DNA of 64,000 nucleotides, from positions 77,500,001-77,564,000 of the forward strand of contig NC_043008.1 of assembly GCF_006345805.1 (NCBI RefSeq). Direction: 5' to 3'. The position numbers and the translations under genes were made by a program. Below the pieces are notes generated by a model. It was given only the letters and a program-made list of their open reading frames with translations, ran no database searches and was not told the DNA's origin. This document shows positions 23,860-36,827 of this stretch, piece after piece. Every line of letters starts with the position of its first letter. The stretch's first letter is position 1. The stretch is from Octopus sinensis (taxonomy: Eukaryota).

Positions 23860-25099
23860 AATGTATGTATGTATGTATATACATATATATATATGTATAT
23901 GAAGTGTATATACACTCACAAATATATTTATAATAATTAAGAGTTAAATAGTTCAGCTGCTAACAAATGTGTTTATGTATATACATATGTATACACTCAG
24001 TAATGCATATTCACACCTACTTTTGGGGCTTGTATTTTTACGTAGGTGTATCTTAATATGTACATACTGTACGCACACGCGCACATATACATAAACACCA
24101 AACATACATATACACATACAGAAGCTTTCACACGCATGGAATGAAAACTGTTCTATATTTAAACAGACACATGTTTATGTAATTGTGTATATTTATATAT
24201 ATGCCGGCGTAGCTGTGGACGGTGGTGTACACAGCCTTCTCTCTCTCTTCCTCTCTCTTTGTACACACAAGAACGCGCATAAGCGAACGGCTTTTTTTGT
24301 AGACATATTGTACTGAGTACGTGATTATGTTCTAGTTTTACACTTCTCTTATTTTTTCCTACAGCCCACAGAGTCCTTGCACTATTCTTTTAACTGAATT
24401 TTCCATATCCATTATCAAATTTACGTGTTCTTCACAGTCACATTTTGAATATGAGGTGATAATGTTTTACTGGCTGTTTATAGTAGACAGAGACAATGTG
24501 ATTGGTGTAAACGCTATCGCTGGAATTTTAATTTTCCCCGTTAGATTTATAATTCCTTACTCAGGTGTTCCTTTTTTTTGGATATGACAGGTGTATACTA
24601 GCAGCGTGCTTATTTTAGCGTTGCGTTGTGTTACGTTGTTATCAACAACTGTTCATATTCGTGGGAAATTTTATGAAGAATAGACCTGTTGTCCACTGAT
24701 GTTCTCTGATGTAGTTTTGTTTTGTACGTACATGTTGCCAATTTAAGAAGTGAACAACGGGTATTGTAACAAAGTAATAGAGCATGCAATAGAGAAATAC
24801 AAGAAGAAATAGACCGCAACAAACGTATATTTATATATAATACTACACCTATTTGAAAATACACAAACGAAACGTAAAGCGTATTGTAAGATTTAAAGGT
24901 ATACTAAAGGAGATATTTATGAGCAGGTTAACAAAACCTCTTATAAAAGAACCCACACTACAATAAACGATATATGATGAAATATAACAAAAGCACTAAA
25001 ATTTTTAAAATTAGAAAAGAAATACAACTCATCAACAATTCATGATGGTGTAAACCATGAGATTCAGAAATTTCCTTTATCTTTTACCTTTTATGTTTT

Positions 25100-25461
25100 C
25101 TTTTACCTGTTTCAATTATTAGACTGCGGCCATGCTGGGGCACCGCCTTGGATTATTTTTTTAGTCAAATGAATCGACCTCAGTACTTATTTTTAAGCCT
25201 AGCACTTTTTCTATCGGTCTCTTTTGCCAGACCACTAATGTTATGGATACGTAAACACGCCAACACCGCTTGTCAAGTAGTGATGGAGGGGACAAACACA
25301 GACACATAGATGTTTATACATATACATGCGACAGGTTTCTTTCATTTTCCGTCTACCAAATCCACTCACAAGGCTTTGGTTGGCCCGAGGCTATAGAAAA
25401 TACTTACTCAAGGTGCCACACACTGGGAGAGAAACAAGCTTCTTACCATTCAGCCACTCCT
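25100..25461 (-). mobile_element. SINE family A
   Basis: Homology to the family A tail (gactgcggccatgctggggcaccgcc) and head (cagccactcct). Confidence 0.8.
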
Positions 25462-25565
25462 AAATGTAAATGTTATAAACGTCTTTAATAACGGTTATAT
25501 TGGCCACACAAATACTCTCCCAACAGGCTTACCTATTGCGAAGGATCAATTCCGAAGAGTAACAT

Positions 25566-25632
<67 letters not shown>

Positions 25633-25866
25633 GAACGGAAAGCATCGGCGAATAAAAAAACAACAGTTGATTACATTAAAAACATGTAGCAATAAATTGA
25701 GCGTGTTTAAATCTACTAATTTTGCTAACATTAACCGTAACCATAACAAATTTGTTAATATTGACCGTTATTATAAGCAGCTTCTATTACATACATATAC
25801 AATCACATATCTGAATGCTATACATATACGTGCAAATCATATCAAAACACACCACACGCACACACA

Positions 25867-25870
<4 letters not shown>

Positions 25871-25908
<38 letters not shown>

Positions 25909-25927
25909 CGCGCGCGCGCGTGTGTGT
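25871..25927. repeat. (TG)15(CG)10(TG)3 alternating purine-pyrimidine tract
   Basis: Directly visible. Confidence 0.95.
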
Positions 25928-26166
25928 ATTTATGTTTGTAGATTAATGTAGATTAACAAACCCGCACGTTCACAAACATATTTAAGTCTGTCTCATTGTA
26001 TGTAATATTTGAAAATATATTGCTAGGTTCCAATAATGGACACAATTAGATATGGAAATTAAATTTGATGTAGTACCTATATTATCTATATTGCCTATAT
26101 TAAGTATTATGTACTCCCACAACCCCACTCTGTCTCGCGATATATATATATATATATATATATACA

Positions 26167-26229
<63 letters not shown>

Positions 26230-26231
26230 AT

Positions 26232-26290
<59 letters not shown>

Positions 26291-27313
26291 CTCTTTACCA
26301 ATAGGAACCCTCCTATGGGGAAATATATCACTGAAAGACGTAGCTATCAAGATAAATAGATTGTTCTATCAAGATAATAAGGCAGGTCTGGTCGTACAAA
26401 GACATTCTTATTTTCCTGCAGTCTGCTATAATTTCTGTTATTCATTATCAGATATAAAGGATTAATGAACTGGAAATACCTTGAAAATATTCTAGCCTCG
26501 GGCTTAGATGTTCTAGATATCTTTATTTTCCATATTAAACAACATTATTTTATAACTGGTGGGTGTAATGGTGGTGGTGATGCTGTTGCTGGCGGTGGCG
26601 TTGGTTTAGTGTGAAGTAAAAGCATGATGCGTAGATTCCAGTGTACTTAGTCTCGTATAGCGTCGAGTCTGAGTGTTAGACGTTCTTTGATGTTGGAATA
26701 CATTGTTGGCGATAACAGCGATGAAAGTAATAACTATGATGAAAGCGATAATAATGACAGCACTGATATTTCAGATAAAATTCTGAATACTTTAAGACGA
26801 CCACTGAAACTAATAATTTCTCAGATCGCTGTAGAATGTATGTATTACTAGAATAGAGCAGAATTGGGAAAGATAGTTCCATTCTTCTTGCAGCCAAATA
26901 ATCACGACTGGATTACAGTTTCAAAGGCTGAATCCATTTAACTTAAGGGGTACCACAGGGTGACGTAATTTGCCACTATAGATCATAGCAGCAGTGTTAA
27001 TATTACTACATATTTTAGACATTTATCTCCTAAGCCACCTCAATGAAAGTTTAGACTGCCTAGTTTTAATGGCCCCAAAAGAGAGGCAGAAAGAGAGAAA
27101 CCTGGTCCGAATACTTGCAGCGCCGCTAAAGGAACCCAAGGACAAAGTTTTCGTGTTAAACTTCAGGAAAGGTCGCGGTTTTGGTTGACCAAAGCCTAAT
27201 GCAAATTACATCTATTATCAGGTGCCGTACAGAGGAATTGAACTCAAAACAACAAAGCTCCGAAACAAATTTCTTAACCACACACCCATAGGGATATATG
27301 AAATGTGTATGTA

Positions 27314-28638
27314 GGGGAGACCGGGTCTAGTTTTTACATTAAAAAACATATTTGCCTTGGCACCCACATAAATAAACGCAGCTAAAGTTTCTTTTCAGAT
27401 TTAATTAGTAAAACATCTTTATTTATTGTTATCACCAGCAAAAAACCCCCAGAAATTACATAACATTAATTAGACAGGTTCTAATTAATGAGGTGGTGTC
27501 AGCTGTAACAATTTTACCTGAGTGCGGGGTACGTTGTGACACTGGGGTACTTTGTTACAACTGTCGATAACTCGGAATTAAACAAGTTTAAAATGTATGT
27601 CTCCTGCTTCTTGCATCTGGGAAGTATTATTTTAATTATATAACTGTGCTTTGAACCACCTCATATCCTAACTGTGATACTGAGAGTCCTCATCAGCCAA
27701 TTTCCCCATTGTTACAAGTGCCATCTAGTTGGAATCGTCCTCTCACCACACAGATCACACAGAAAGTCCTGTCGTCCATCAGTACAGTCAGTGTGTGCCC
27801 AGTCTTTACAGCTCCCGCATTGCCCCTATTCTTCACCTGGAAGGGAGTTGGAATACCAATCTGAGCAGACAAGGCATTGCCAATTGTCGACTTGCTTGCT
27901 GCCAGGCTACTTCCTTTTGCCTTTACCTGTTTTAGTTGACTTTCCCTTCCTCTTTGTTGCCTTTTCTGTACTAGTTGCCTTCTTTGGTTTGGATTTCCGT
28001 TCGTTTATTTCATCCACTATGAGTGGTTTTACAGGGGTTAGCGTTAGAATGGCTGTTTGGCACCTCTAGCGACTCCCACGACCTCGACCTGTCTTCCTGG
28101 GGGAAGCCTTCCTTAATGGGCACAACATATCTGGGCTTGTGACAACACCAGCAGGAAAACTTGAGCCTGGTGTAGGTTGCCTGGGATAATTTGATACACT
28201 ATAGCAATTAGCCCCGACCATAGATTTCTGGGAAATACCTCGTACACAGCACTAGCAATACATGGTATCCAGGACACACCTTCATGTATTGAAGGCAGCT
28301 TCCAACACTTTCTAATGAGCCACAAACTACTTCAGTAACACTACTTATGCTTTAGTAGTTAAGGAAATAACTTAGTGGCAAAATTTCCCTTTTGGAGTGA
28401 AAAATCGTTTTTTGAGCCATACCTTTCCTGGTGACAGCCCGCCAGTGCAATGTAAGCCTCGAAACATTTATGAGCAAAGTTGCTTGACTGGAATGGTTAG
28501 TCACAGGAAGGTAGAGAGTAAATGATGCTATGGAATTGGCCTTCACGAGGTAGAGACCAGAATGTCATCTATTTCTTGAAGTTGGAAACAATGGGCCTGT
28601 AACAACTTAACCGTGTAACAACTAGACCCGGTATACCC
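27314..28638 (-). mobile_element. Non-autonomous or decayed pogo-like (Tc1/mariner superfamily) DNA transposon
   Basis: Terminal ggggagaccgggtctagtt and aactagacccggtataccc form an imperfect TIR pair, each flanked by TA. An internal minus-strand basic and Cys-containing remnant (FCVIC..) suggests a transposase C-terminus. The family assignment is inference. Confidence 0.65.
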
Positions 28639-31227
28639 TACTTTCTATTTTCTGGTATTTTATTCAGAAAGTTGCGTAATTTAACAGAATGAAATGGTAT
28701 TTAGACAGCATGATTTAGGACAAATAGGATGTGTCTAGACGTTATTTATATTTCCTAAATTTAGGTAACATGGGCAAGGTTATAATTTGTTTTAAAAACA
28801 TCTAAACGCAACAAAATTTAACAAGGAACAACTATATAATTCCTGCATTGAAGGAAAACTGAGGTTTTCCATAGAATCCCTGCCCATGCTAAGCCAATAT
28901 ACTTGATCAAGTTGTTTTTAATGACTGAAACAATTTAGCAATTTACACAGGAAAAGGGCAGCAACAACTAATATTATAAATCTGTGTAAATTAGAAAGAA
29001 TTAGTAATTAACATCTTCTACCGAAGGGATTCTATTTTATCATAAACAACAAACACAAACACAAAGAAATATTTGTTCTCTTAAACCAGCCAAAGGGGTT
29101 GTTTATATCTTGGATTTAAGTTATGGTCGATATTGACACCTCGTCTTTACTCTCTACCTTCCTGTGACTAACCATTCCAGTAAAGCAACTTTGCTCATAA
29201 ATGTTTCAAGGCTTACATTCTTGCCAAAGTAATGTTACTAACATAGTATTGTAACATTATACAACCTTGGTATAGAATAAGAAGTCAATTCCCGAAAATG
29301 ATGCTGCAAAAACATTAGCAATGTTGCCAGCTTATTACGTATACATGCAATATGTTAGCAAAACAGTGTTGTTCACTGTAACGAATCTACAATGGCATTT
29401 GGTAACTTGCAGTCGAAGAGAAAAGTTTGTTTTCTCTTTCTTTCTCCTCCTCACTGTCAGACGAAGAGCAAAGACCCACATCATTAGATTAATCACTCCC
29501 CATCACATCAGTTAAACTAATCCAATTCTTTTATCATCTCGCCTTTACACTATAATTACTGTTGACATCACCGTCTCGAATACCTTATTCCCTAGGATTC
29601 TCAGTGTTTTCCTATTACAATAATGTAAATTTGTTGAGTAAATTATGATTTGCTGTGATATAAATAAGGAGAGTTTTTAGGGTGAAACTATTTAGAATTA
29701 CTATTTATGCTTTGAAACGAGAATGCCATGTAACTTTAGACTGGGTCATAACCGTAAACATCGTCTTTGTGTTGCACGATGATGGAAAATCGTTACCGAG
29801 TAACTTTGATGTGATGTTAAATAAGTGTGTACGTGCTTTGTTATCTGGCGCGATTTAGATATGGTTTCCGAGTAACCCTTACTAAAATTAGATTTTGTAT
29901 TATTGAAAGAGTATCTATGGTATAATGCTAGACTACAATTTATGAGGAATGAGGAGTAAAGAACTTCATATGATGAAGTGCCTTAACCAGAATGTAGGTA
30001 CGATGAAGGGTTTTGCGAAGTATATAAAGAAGAAACCTGATGAAAGTGCAGTGGAGTTTCGGAGTAATATTGTTATCTATTGGGATTAGACAAAGATAAA
30101 AAAAATTACATAAATGGTACAAAGTTAAGAAATATTTGCTGACACTGTAATGTTTAGAAGGCATATACCTGTTTCACTATTTGTTAAGCCACTGTCTACA
30201 CGAAACCCAGTGAAACGTTATGTGTGATCTACGAAAATAGTTTCATGACATATTTGCACGGTATAGATGGTAACAAAATATTTTTTTATTCTGTGAAATA
30301 CATAGGAACACGATGTTGTGAGTTCATAAGTTAAGTAAATGTGGCCACCTTCGTATATTGAGTCATTCGAAATATTCCAGTGAATTTAACACATCTTTGT
30401 TAAAATACTGGCTTGAAGAGAGTAACTCGAGAGGAATTATAGAGAATGAATTGTTTAAGTTAGCTTCTGTTAGCGTCAACAGGTACTGAACAACATTGAT
30501 ATAATAGTCCAACATTTAACACAGCATTTGTACCGCGTTAGTGTCAATACTTTATTTCTTTAGAATCTTTTGTACGTTGTCTAGATTCCATTAGAGACGT
30601 TAATAGCCACCATTTTACTGACATCACTTCAATATATCCCTATCTTAATACTATAAGCAACGTTTGCAGTGAAGGAGCACGTAAAAATGTTTAGAAACTT
30701 ATAATTCTTTTATGTGTTCAGTTTGTATAATAAAAACTGAATCACTGAATGAAAGACAGTTTTGAAAATATCGCCATAAAGCACTTTCAATGAGTAATTT
30801 TTCGGGCATAATTCATTATCAGATAAACTGTGCCGAGTTAGAGTGGAGTACCCCACCCGACGTGATCACAAGATCGGCTAGAAATATCTGCCAAATCTCC
30901 TGCAGGTTACACTTTGACCCTCTTAAAATGAATGGGGTTTCACAACAAAATTTAGTTGTAAATACTCTGCATTTCAAACAATGACGAATATGAAACAATG
31001 AATACAGAGTGAACTCAGCAAGGTTGACCTTGGGCTAAACAACGACAACAAACTGAGCTGTTGCAGGAACCACATAGTCTTCCCCAGCTTGTAGTGATTA
31101 CATATAATCAACTTTAATCAATGGTAATGTGAGGTTGATGGTTTTATTACTAAACACAAAATTATTAAAGATGCTAATGAAGATATGCTTTGATGTAATA
31201 ATTCCACATTAATCTACTAAAATATTG

Positions 31228-31393
31228 TTTTCAAATTTTGGCACAGCAAGCTCGTGGGAAAGGAGCGAGTCGATTTCATCGATCCCAGTTCGCAACTGGT
31301 ATTTAATTTACCAACTTCGGAAGTATGAAAGGCAACGTCGACCTCTTCGGAATTTTGTCCAGCGTGCTAACGATTCTGCCAGCTCACCGCCTT
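31228..31393 (-). mobile_element. SINE family B
   Basis: Reverse complement of ggcggtgagctggcagaatcgttagcacgc..gtcgacgttgcctttcat. Confidence 0.75.
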
Positions 31394-31442
31394 AATCTAC
31401 TTCAGTATTAGTAATCTGTTACAGTTAATTACGATAATGTAG

Positions 31443-31489
<47 letters not shown>

Positions 31490-31524
31490 TAGATAGATAG
31501 ATTGATATATATGTATGTATGCGT

Positions 31525-31727
31525 ATATGTTTGTGTGCCTGTGTTTGTCTTCCAATCATCGCTTGACAACTGATGTTAGTGTTTTTACGTACCCGTAACT
31601 TAGCGGTTCGGCCCAAGTGACCGATAGAATAAGTACTAGGCATACAAAGAATAAGTTCTGGTGTTGATTTGTTCGACTAAAGGCGGTGCATCAGAATGGC
31701 CGCAGTCGAATGACTGAAACGAGTAAA
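31525..31727 (+). mobile_element. SINE family A, 3' half
   Basis: gtgtttgtc..cttagcggttcggc..gaccgatagaataagtactagg..gactgaaacgagtaaaa. Confidence 0.8.
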
Positions 31728-32160
31728 AACACTGTTAAAAATAGACACAGTGATAAAGTTTATATATTTACTTAAACCTATAAGAATTAGTGTAATCCGG
31801 GATGGGAGGGCAAAAGTAAATATCAACAAGACTGTCTGTAACTTGTATTAATTCAGTGGAATTTAATTCCAGTCCCCAATTACGAGAGGCTAGCAGTCAG
31901 TTGTGCAAATGTTTTGTTCTCACGGAGGCAAACAACTGAGGAGCAGTTACTATAATTAAAAATACAATGGTTGCTGAAATATAAAGAATTTCACTTCTTT
32001 TATGAAAGAAATCAACCTTCGCCTCTGGCATGTTTATAGAGTATCTAATTATAATGAGTTTGTAAACTGCACACACACACACGCACGCACCCAAAAACGC
32101 GCGCGCGCACACACACACGCACACACGCACACACACACATACATACACACATATCTTTTA

Positions 32161-32347
32161 TCTTTTACTTGTTTCGCTCATTAGACTGCGGCCATTCTGA
32201 GGCACCGCCTTGAAGAAATTTTTTATTCGAATGAGCTGACCTTAGTACTCATTTCTTTTAAAGCTTGGTAATTCTATCGTTCGCTTTTACCGAACCGCTA
32301 AGTTACGGGAACACAAATCCACAAACACCGGTTGTCAAGCGGCGATG

Positions 32348-32380
<33 letters not shown>

Positions 32381-32509
32381 TATATGCGACGAGCTTCTTT
32401 CAGTTTCTGTCTACCAAATCCGCTCACAGGGGTTTCGTCAGTCCGAGGCTATAGTAGAAGACACTTGCGAAAGGTACCATGCTTTCTACCACACAGCCAT
32501 GACCGCGCC
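32161..32509 (-). mobile_element. SINE family A
   Basis: Reverse-complement homology to 45181-45594. Confidence 0.8.
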
Positions 32510-32677
32510 TATATTAAAAAAGCAACTTGCGTAGACATGTATACTTTTCCCGCACATACTTATGTATATATACACAAACTTACACACATATATACAAACA
32601 TATATGAATAAACTTATATATATATATATATATCTACGCATACACATATATTTACATGCATGTATGTCCGCCAGCAC

Positions 32678-32708
<31 letters not shown>

Positions 32709-33362
32709 CACACACACGCTCACACGCGCGCACACACATGCATATACGCACGCACACACACGCTCAAATACAAGCTTTCTTTCTCTCTCTCTCTCACACA
32801 CACATATTTCTATCTACTGCAATAGAGACATACCTATACGCGTATATAAGTGTTTCAGTTTAGCCTGGTCCATTGTATTTTCATAAAACTCAGCTACTCA
32901 CGATTGGTATGGAGGAAGTAAGTTGCATATCTACTTAACTCAACAATAACAGATATAAATCTAAACCCTTAGTCCCGATGTTAGTAACTGAAGATTTCTC
33001 AGTCGATCAACATAGATGTTTTTCTTCTACCGTTCTCTTTATGTTTAACATGTGCTGACCAACTGTTTTTCACTGTAGTATACAATATCTGATATCAGTC
33101 CCCAACCATTATGTCTGGTTTGTTGTGCCTTAATCTAACTGGAAATTCTGAGGGGAACAGTTCTTTACTTTTCTTTTATATTGGAATTATTGTAGCATTC
33201 TTACTACTATAGAGCAACAGGCTGTTTTGTCATGAAAGAAATGAAGGAAGACCAAATAAACAAATAAACAACTTAGATTGTACAGATCATATCAATCAAG
33301 GCATTACAATATGATCTTTGAGACATATAAAAAAATATTCTCTATTTGAATTCAGAGAAGAG

Positions 33363-33401
<39 letters not shown>

Positions 33402-33442
33402 TTGGAAATGGATGCATGGCGTTCGATCATATAATATAAATA

Positions 33443-33797
33443 ATATATAAATATATGCATATATACATACATATATGTACATACCTACATATGTATGTAT
33501 ATATACATGCATATATGGGTACAGTACATCAAAAAACGTTGAACACAATGAGAAACGAGGGCACGAAACGCGGAATAGATGAAACAGGGACAACTGATGA
33601 AGGGGAATATTCTTTATGTTGCATGTCTCGTTTCTCTGTTTTTTTTCGTTGTTCAAAAAGAAGTTCGTTTTCTATGTTTTTGTTTCTTATTGTGTTTAAC
33701 GTTTTTTTTATGTCCTGTACCCATATATGCATGTATGTATACATATATATGTAGGTATGTACATATATGTATATATATATGCATATATTTATATATA
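33443..33797. repeat. Fold-back element (about 113-bp imperfect arms, 125-bp spacer)
   Basis: Arms 33443-33556 and 33682-33797 (..catgcatatatgggtacag-acat-aaaaaacgtt-aacacaat-agaaac). The spacer contains ctgatgaag at 33594. Confidence 0.8.
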
Positions 33798-33800
33798 AGT

Positions 33801-34046
33801 GGGGATGACCAGTAAGTGGACATCCATTATGCTAGAAGTCGACACCCTATGGTCTTACCACTAAGAAAGGAATGTTCTCAAGAAAATTTGGGTTTGTGAT
33901 TAATCTGTGTATTTTATATCTTTTCATTTGTCTTGCTCGCTTACGTTCTGGTGTTTGCTAAATTTTCTTGAGAACATTCATTTCTTAGCGATAAGACCAC
34001 AGGGGTCGACTTCTAGCATAATGGATGTCCACTTAGTGATCATCCC
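33801..34046. repeat. Fold-back element (about 88-bp imperfect arms)
   Basis: taagtggacatccattatgctagaagtcgac..aatgttctcaagaaaattt (33801-33889) pairs with 33960-34046. Confidence 0.85.
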
Positions 34047-34167
34047 TCTTATATGTATGTAATATAATTTTTCTAAATCTTCAGATTTTTCTATATGTAG
34101 ACCACTGGTTTTAAATTGATATTAATCAAATTAATATTCAATGTTTCACCCTTATTATTTTAAATTT

Positions 34168-34312
<145 letters not shown>

Positions 34313-34323
34313 AATGATAATAT

Positions 34324-36112
34324 AACTGGCTGAAAACTTTAATGACATAGCCAGAGGCAATGCCTGAATAGCTAACAAAAGGGAAAACTATCCTAATTCC
34401 CAAATCCACTGAAACTGCAAAACCACAAATCTACAGACCTATAACCTGTCTCCCTACAATGAACAAAGCCTTTACTGCAGTAATATCGCAAAGATTGAGC
34501 AAACATCTGGATGAACACAACCTGTTTCCAGAAGAGCAGAAGGAATGCTACAAAGGCTCATATGGCTGTAAAGACAAACTAATGATCAATAAAGCCATAA
34601 CTGAAGACAGCCACAGAAAGAAGAAAGGCCTCAGTATGGCCTGGATTGACTATCGAAAGGCTTTTGATAGTATTCCCCACACGTGGATTCTTGAAACACA
34701 AGCCATGAACAAGGTAGTACCAATAATTATAGAATATATAAGAAATTCTATGAATAAATGGCTGACAGTGCTACAGCTCCAAACAAAAGAGGGACTCGTG
34801 AAAACCAAAGCCTTCCCCATTAAAAGAAGAATATTCCAGGGAGACACGCTCTCCCCACTCCTTTTCTGCTTGGCACTGACACCTCTATCTGACATGCTAA
34901 ATAGAACTGGATGCGGATACAAATGTTACGGCAAAACAATCAGCTACCTGTTATATATATAGATTACCTAAAACTATACGCTACAAATGATAAACAGTTG
35001 GAAACACTACTACAGACAGTACATGGATTTACCAAACAAATAGATATGAAATTTAGATTAGAAAAATATGCCAAAGCAACCCTGAAAAGAGGAAAACTAG
35101 TTAAGAGTAGCAACATCACACTAGATAAAGCCAATGAAATAAGAAAATTAGATCAAAGCCAAACTTACAAATATTTAGGAATCCATGAAATAGATATAAC
35201 ACACACAAATGAAAGAGAAAATAAAGAAAGAATACTATAGATGAGTTAGATCAATAATAAAAACAGAGCTCAATGCTAAAAACAAAATAATTGGTATTAA
35301 CAGTTTAGCCGTCCCAGTTATAAGTTACAGCTATTGTTAACTGGACATTAAATGAACGAACCAAAATAGACATGAAAACAAGAAAAATAATGACAGGATC
35401 TAGGATGCACCACCCAAAATCTGACATAGAAAGGCTATATATATACAACGTGTAGAAGGTGGTAGAGTCCTTATACAGTTGGAAAACTATTATAAAATAA
35501 CCACCATAGGAATGCAAAAATACCTACTTCAGAAGCAAGGAAAACTGATACAGATAGCCACAAAACACGAGCAAAACAAAACAGTTCTCAGTATTTAAGG
35601 AAGCTGACAAATACAAACAAGAAATCATACCACCTAATAAATATGAAGAAGAGAAGAAGAAGAAGAAGAAGAAGAAGAAGAAGAAGAAGAAGAAGAGAAG
35701 AAGAAGAAGAAAGAAGAGAAGAATAAGAAGAAGAATAAGAAGAGAAGAAGAAGAAGAAGAAGAAGAAAAGAAGAAGAAGAAGAAGAAGAAGAAGAAGAAG
35801 AAGAAACAACAAAAGCTATAAAACAAATGAAATCCAAACTAAAACTAGAACAGCAACGGACCATGATAAAACGATGGCAAGAAAAGCCCCTTCATGGCAA
35901 ATACTGGACTAAACTAAATGCAAAAGAAATAGACAGAGAAAAATCCCGGCAATGGTTGAGAAGCTCAGGACTCAAAGCAGAGACGGAAAGCAGCACAAGA
36001 CCAAAGCCTCCCCACCAGAAATTGCCAAACACATATAATGAAAAGAAACAAAACAAGTAACTGCAGAATATGCGAAGATGGACAAGAAACAATAAATCAT
36101 ATTATTTCTGGC
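34324..36112 (+). mobile_element. R4/Dong-type LINE, same subfamily as 12943-15523, 5'-truncated and 3'-rearranged
   Basis: ORFs 34459-34962 (WIDYRKAFDSIPH, FQGDTLSPLLF) and 35827-36060 (LHGKYWTKLNAKEID). Preceded by (TAA)n. Confidence 0.93.
35644..35805 (+). repeat. Expanded imperfect (GAA)n tract inside the Dong ORF
   Basis: Directly visible. The matching site in the sister copy (about 13875-13900) has only a few GAA/GAT units. Confidence 0.95.
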
Positions 36113-36190
36113 ATATCCCCGAGTATGGTTGCTTTCTCGTTTTCTATGACCTTTTCTGGTGTGTGCCTATACCATCTTTTATCTGTTATT

Positions 36191-36734
36191 GAGTGAGAGA
36201 GCAGTGCATGTCATCAAAATGACACCGGGATAACATCCACGAAACCCAGTATACTCATCATGACTACCCGTCTGATAAGGCTACACTAGGCACATGCATC
36301 ACAACCATACGTGCGTGACATGGTGATCTCATATCAAGATAAACAATACAGGTGGGGCCCAGTTAGAGTTTTCTTCTGGTCGAGTAGCCCATCCCGCTCA
36401 AAAGGTCCCTGATTAAGGGTTGTTTAGTGATGTTGAACGAAACACCCATGTTTCCAGAGGTTAATTATTCAAACCCCAAAGAATTCCTATCAACACATGG
36501 CTATGATTCTCCCCTACTAATTCTGCTCGTGAGCAGATATGCCCATATCGTCAGCCACTCAGGGACATGGTCAACTGGTGAAGGCCAAACAACTGACAAG
36601 CAAATTTGTGGTATTGAACAGAATATTTGCTGTAGCCCATCTTTGATACGAAGACAAAACAATGTACATGATAACACTTCCAACCAGTTAAGATCAGAAG
36701 GCACGAGAGCCACTGCCTGGTACTGCATCAGGGC

Positions 36735-36735
<1 letters not shown>
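36191..36735 (-). mobile_element. Non-coding ~0.55-kb TAA-associated element, copy 3 (full length, one 5' unit)
   Basis: Same termini as copy 2; (TTA)n follows on the plus strand. Confidence 0.88.
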
Positions 36736-36795
<60 letters not shown>

Positions 36796-36827
36796 GTTAT
36801 TAAGTATGGTATATTTATTAGTTAATG

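Noticed and set aside
24630-24720. Possible pre-miRNA hairpin
   Set aside because: Pairing is poor by eye and I recognise no conserved miRNA sequence.
26680-26860. Acidic peptide (DNSDESNNYDESDNND) resembling a piggyBac N-terminus; a similar SDSEEE peptide at about 29420-29480
   Set aside because: Low complexity only; no TTAA-flanked TIR pair or catalytic domain found.
35524-35864. Poly-Phe/Leu/Ser hydrophobic ORFs resembling membrane peptides
   Set aside because: They are the antisense translation of the (GAA)n expansion.
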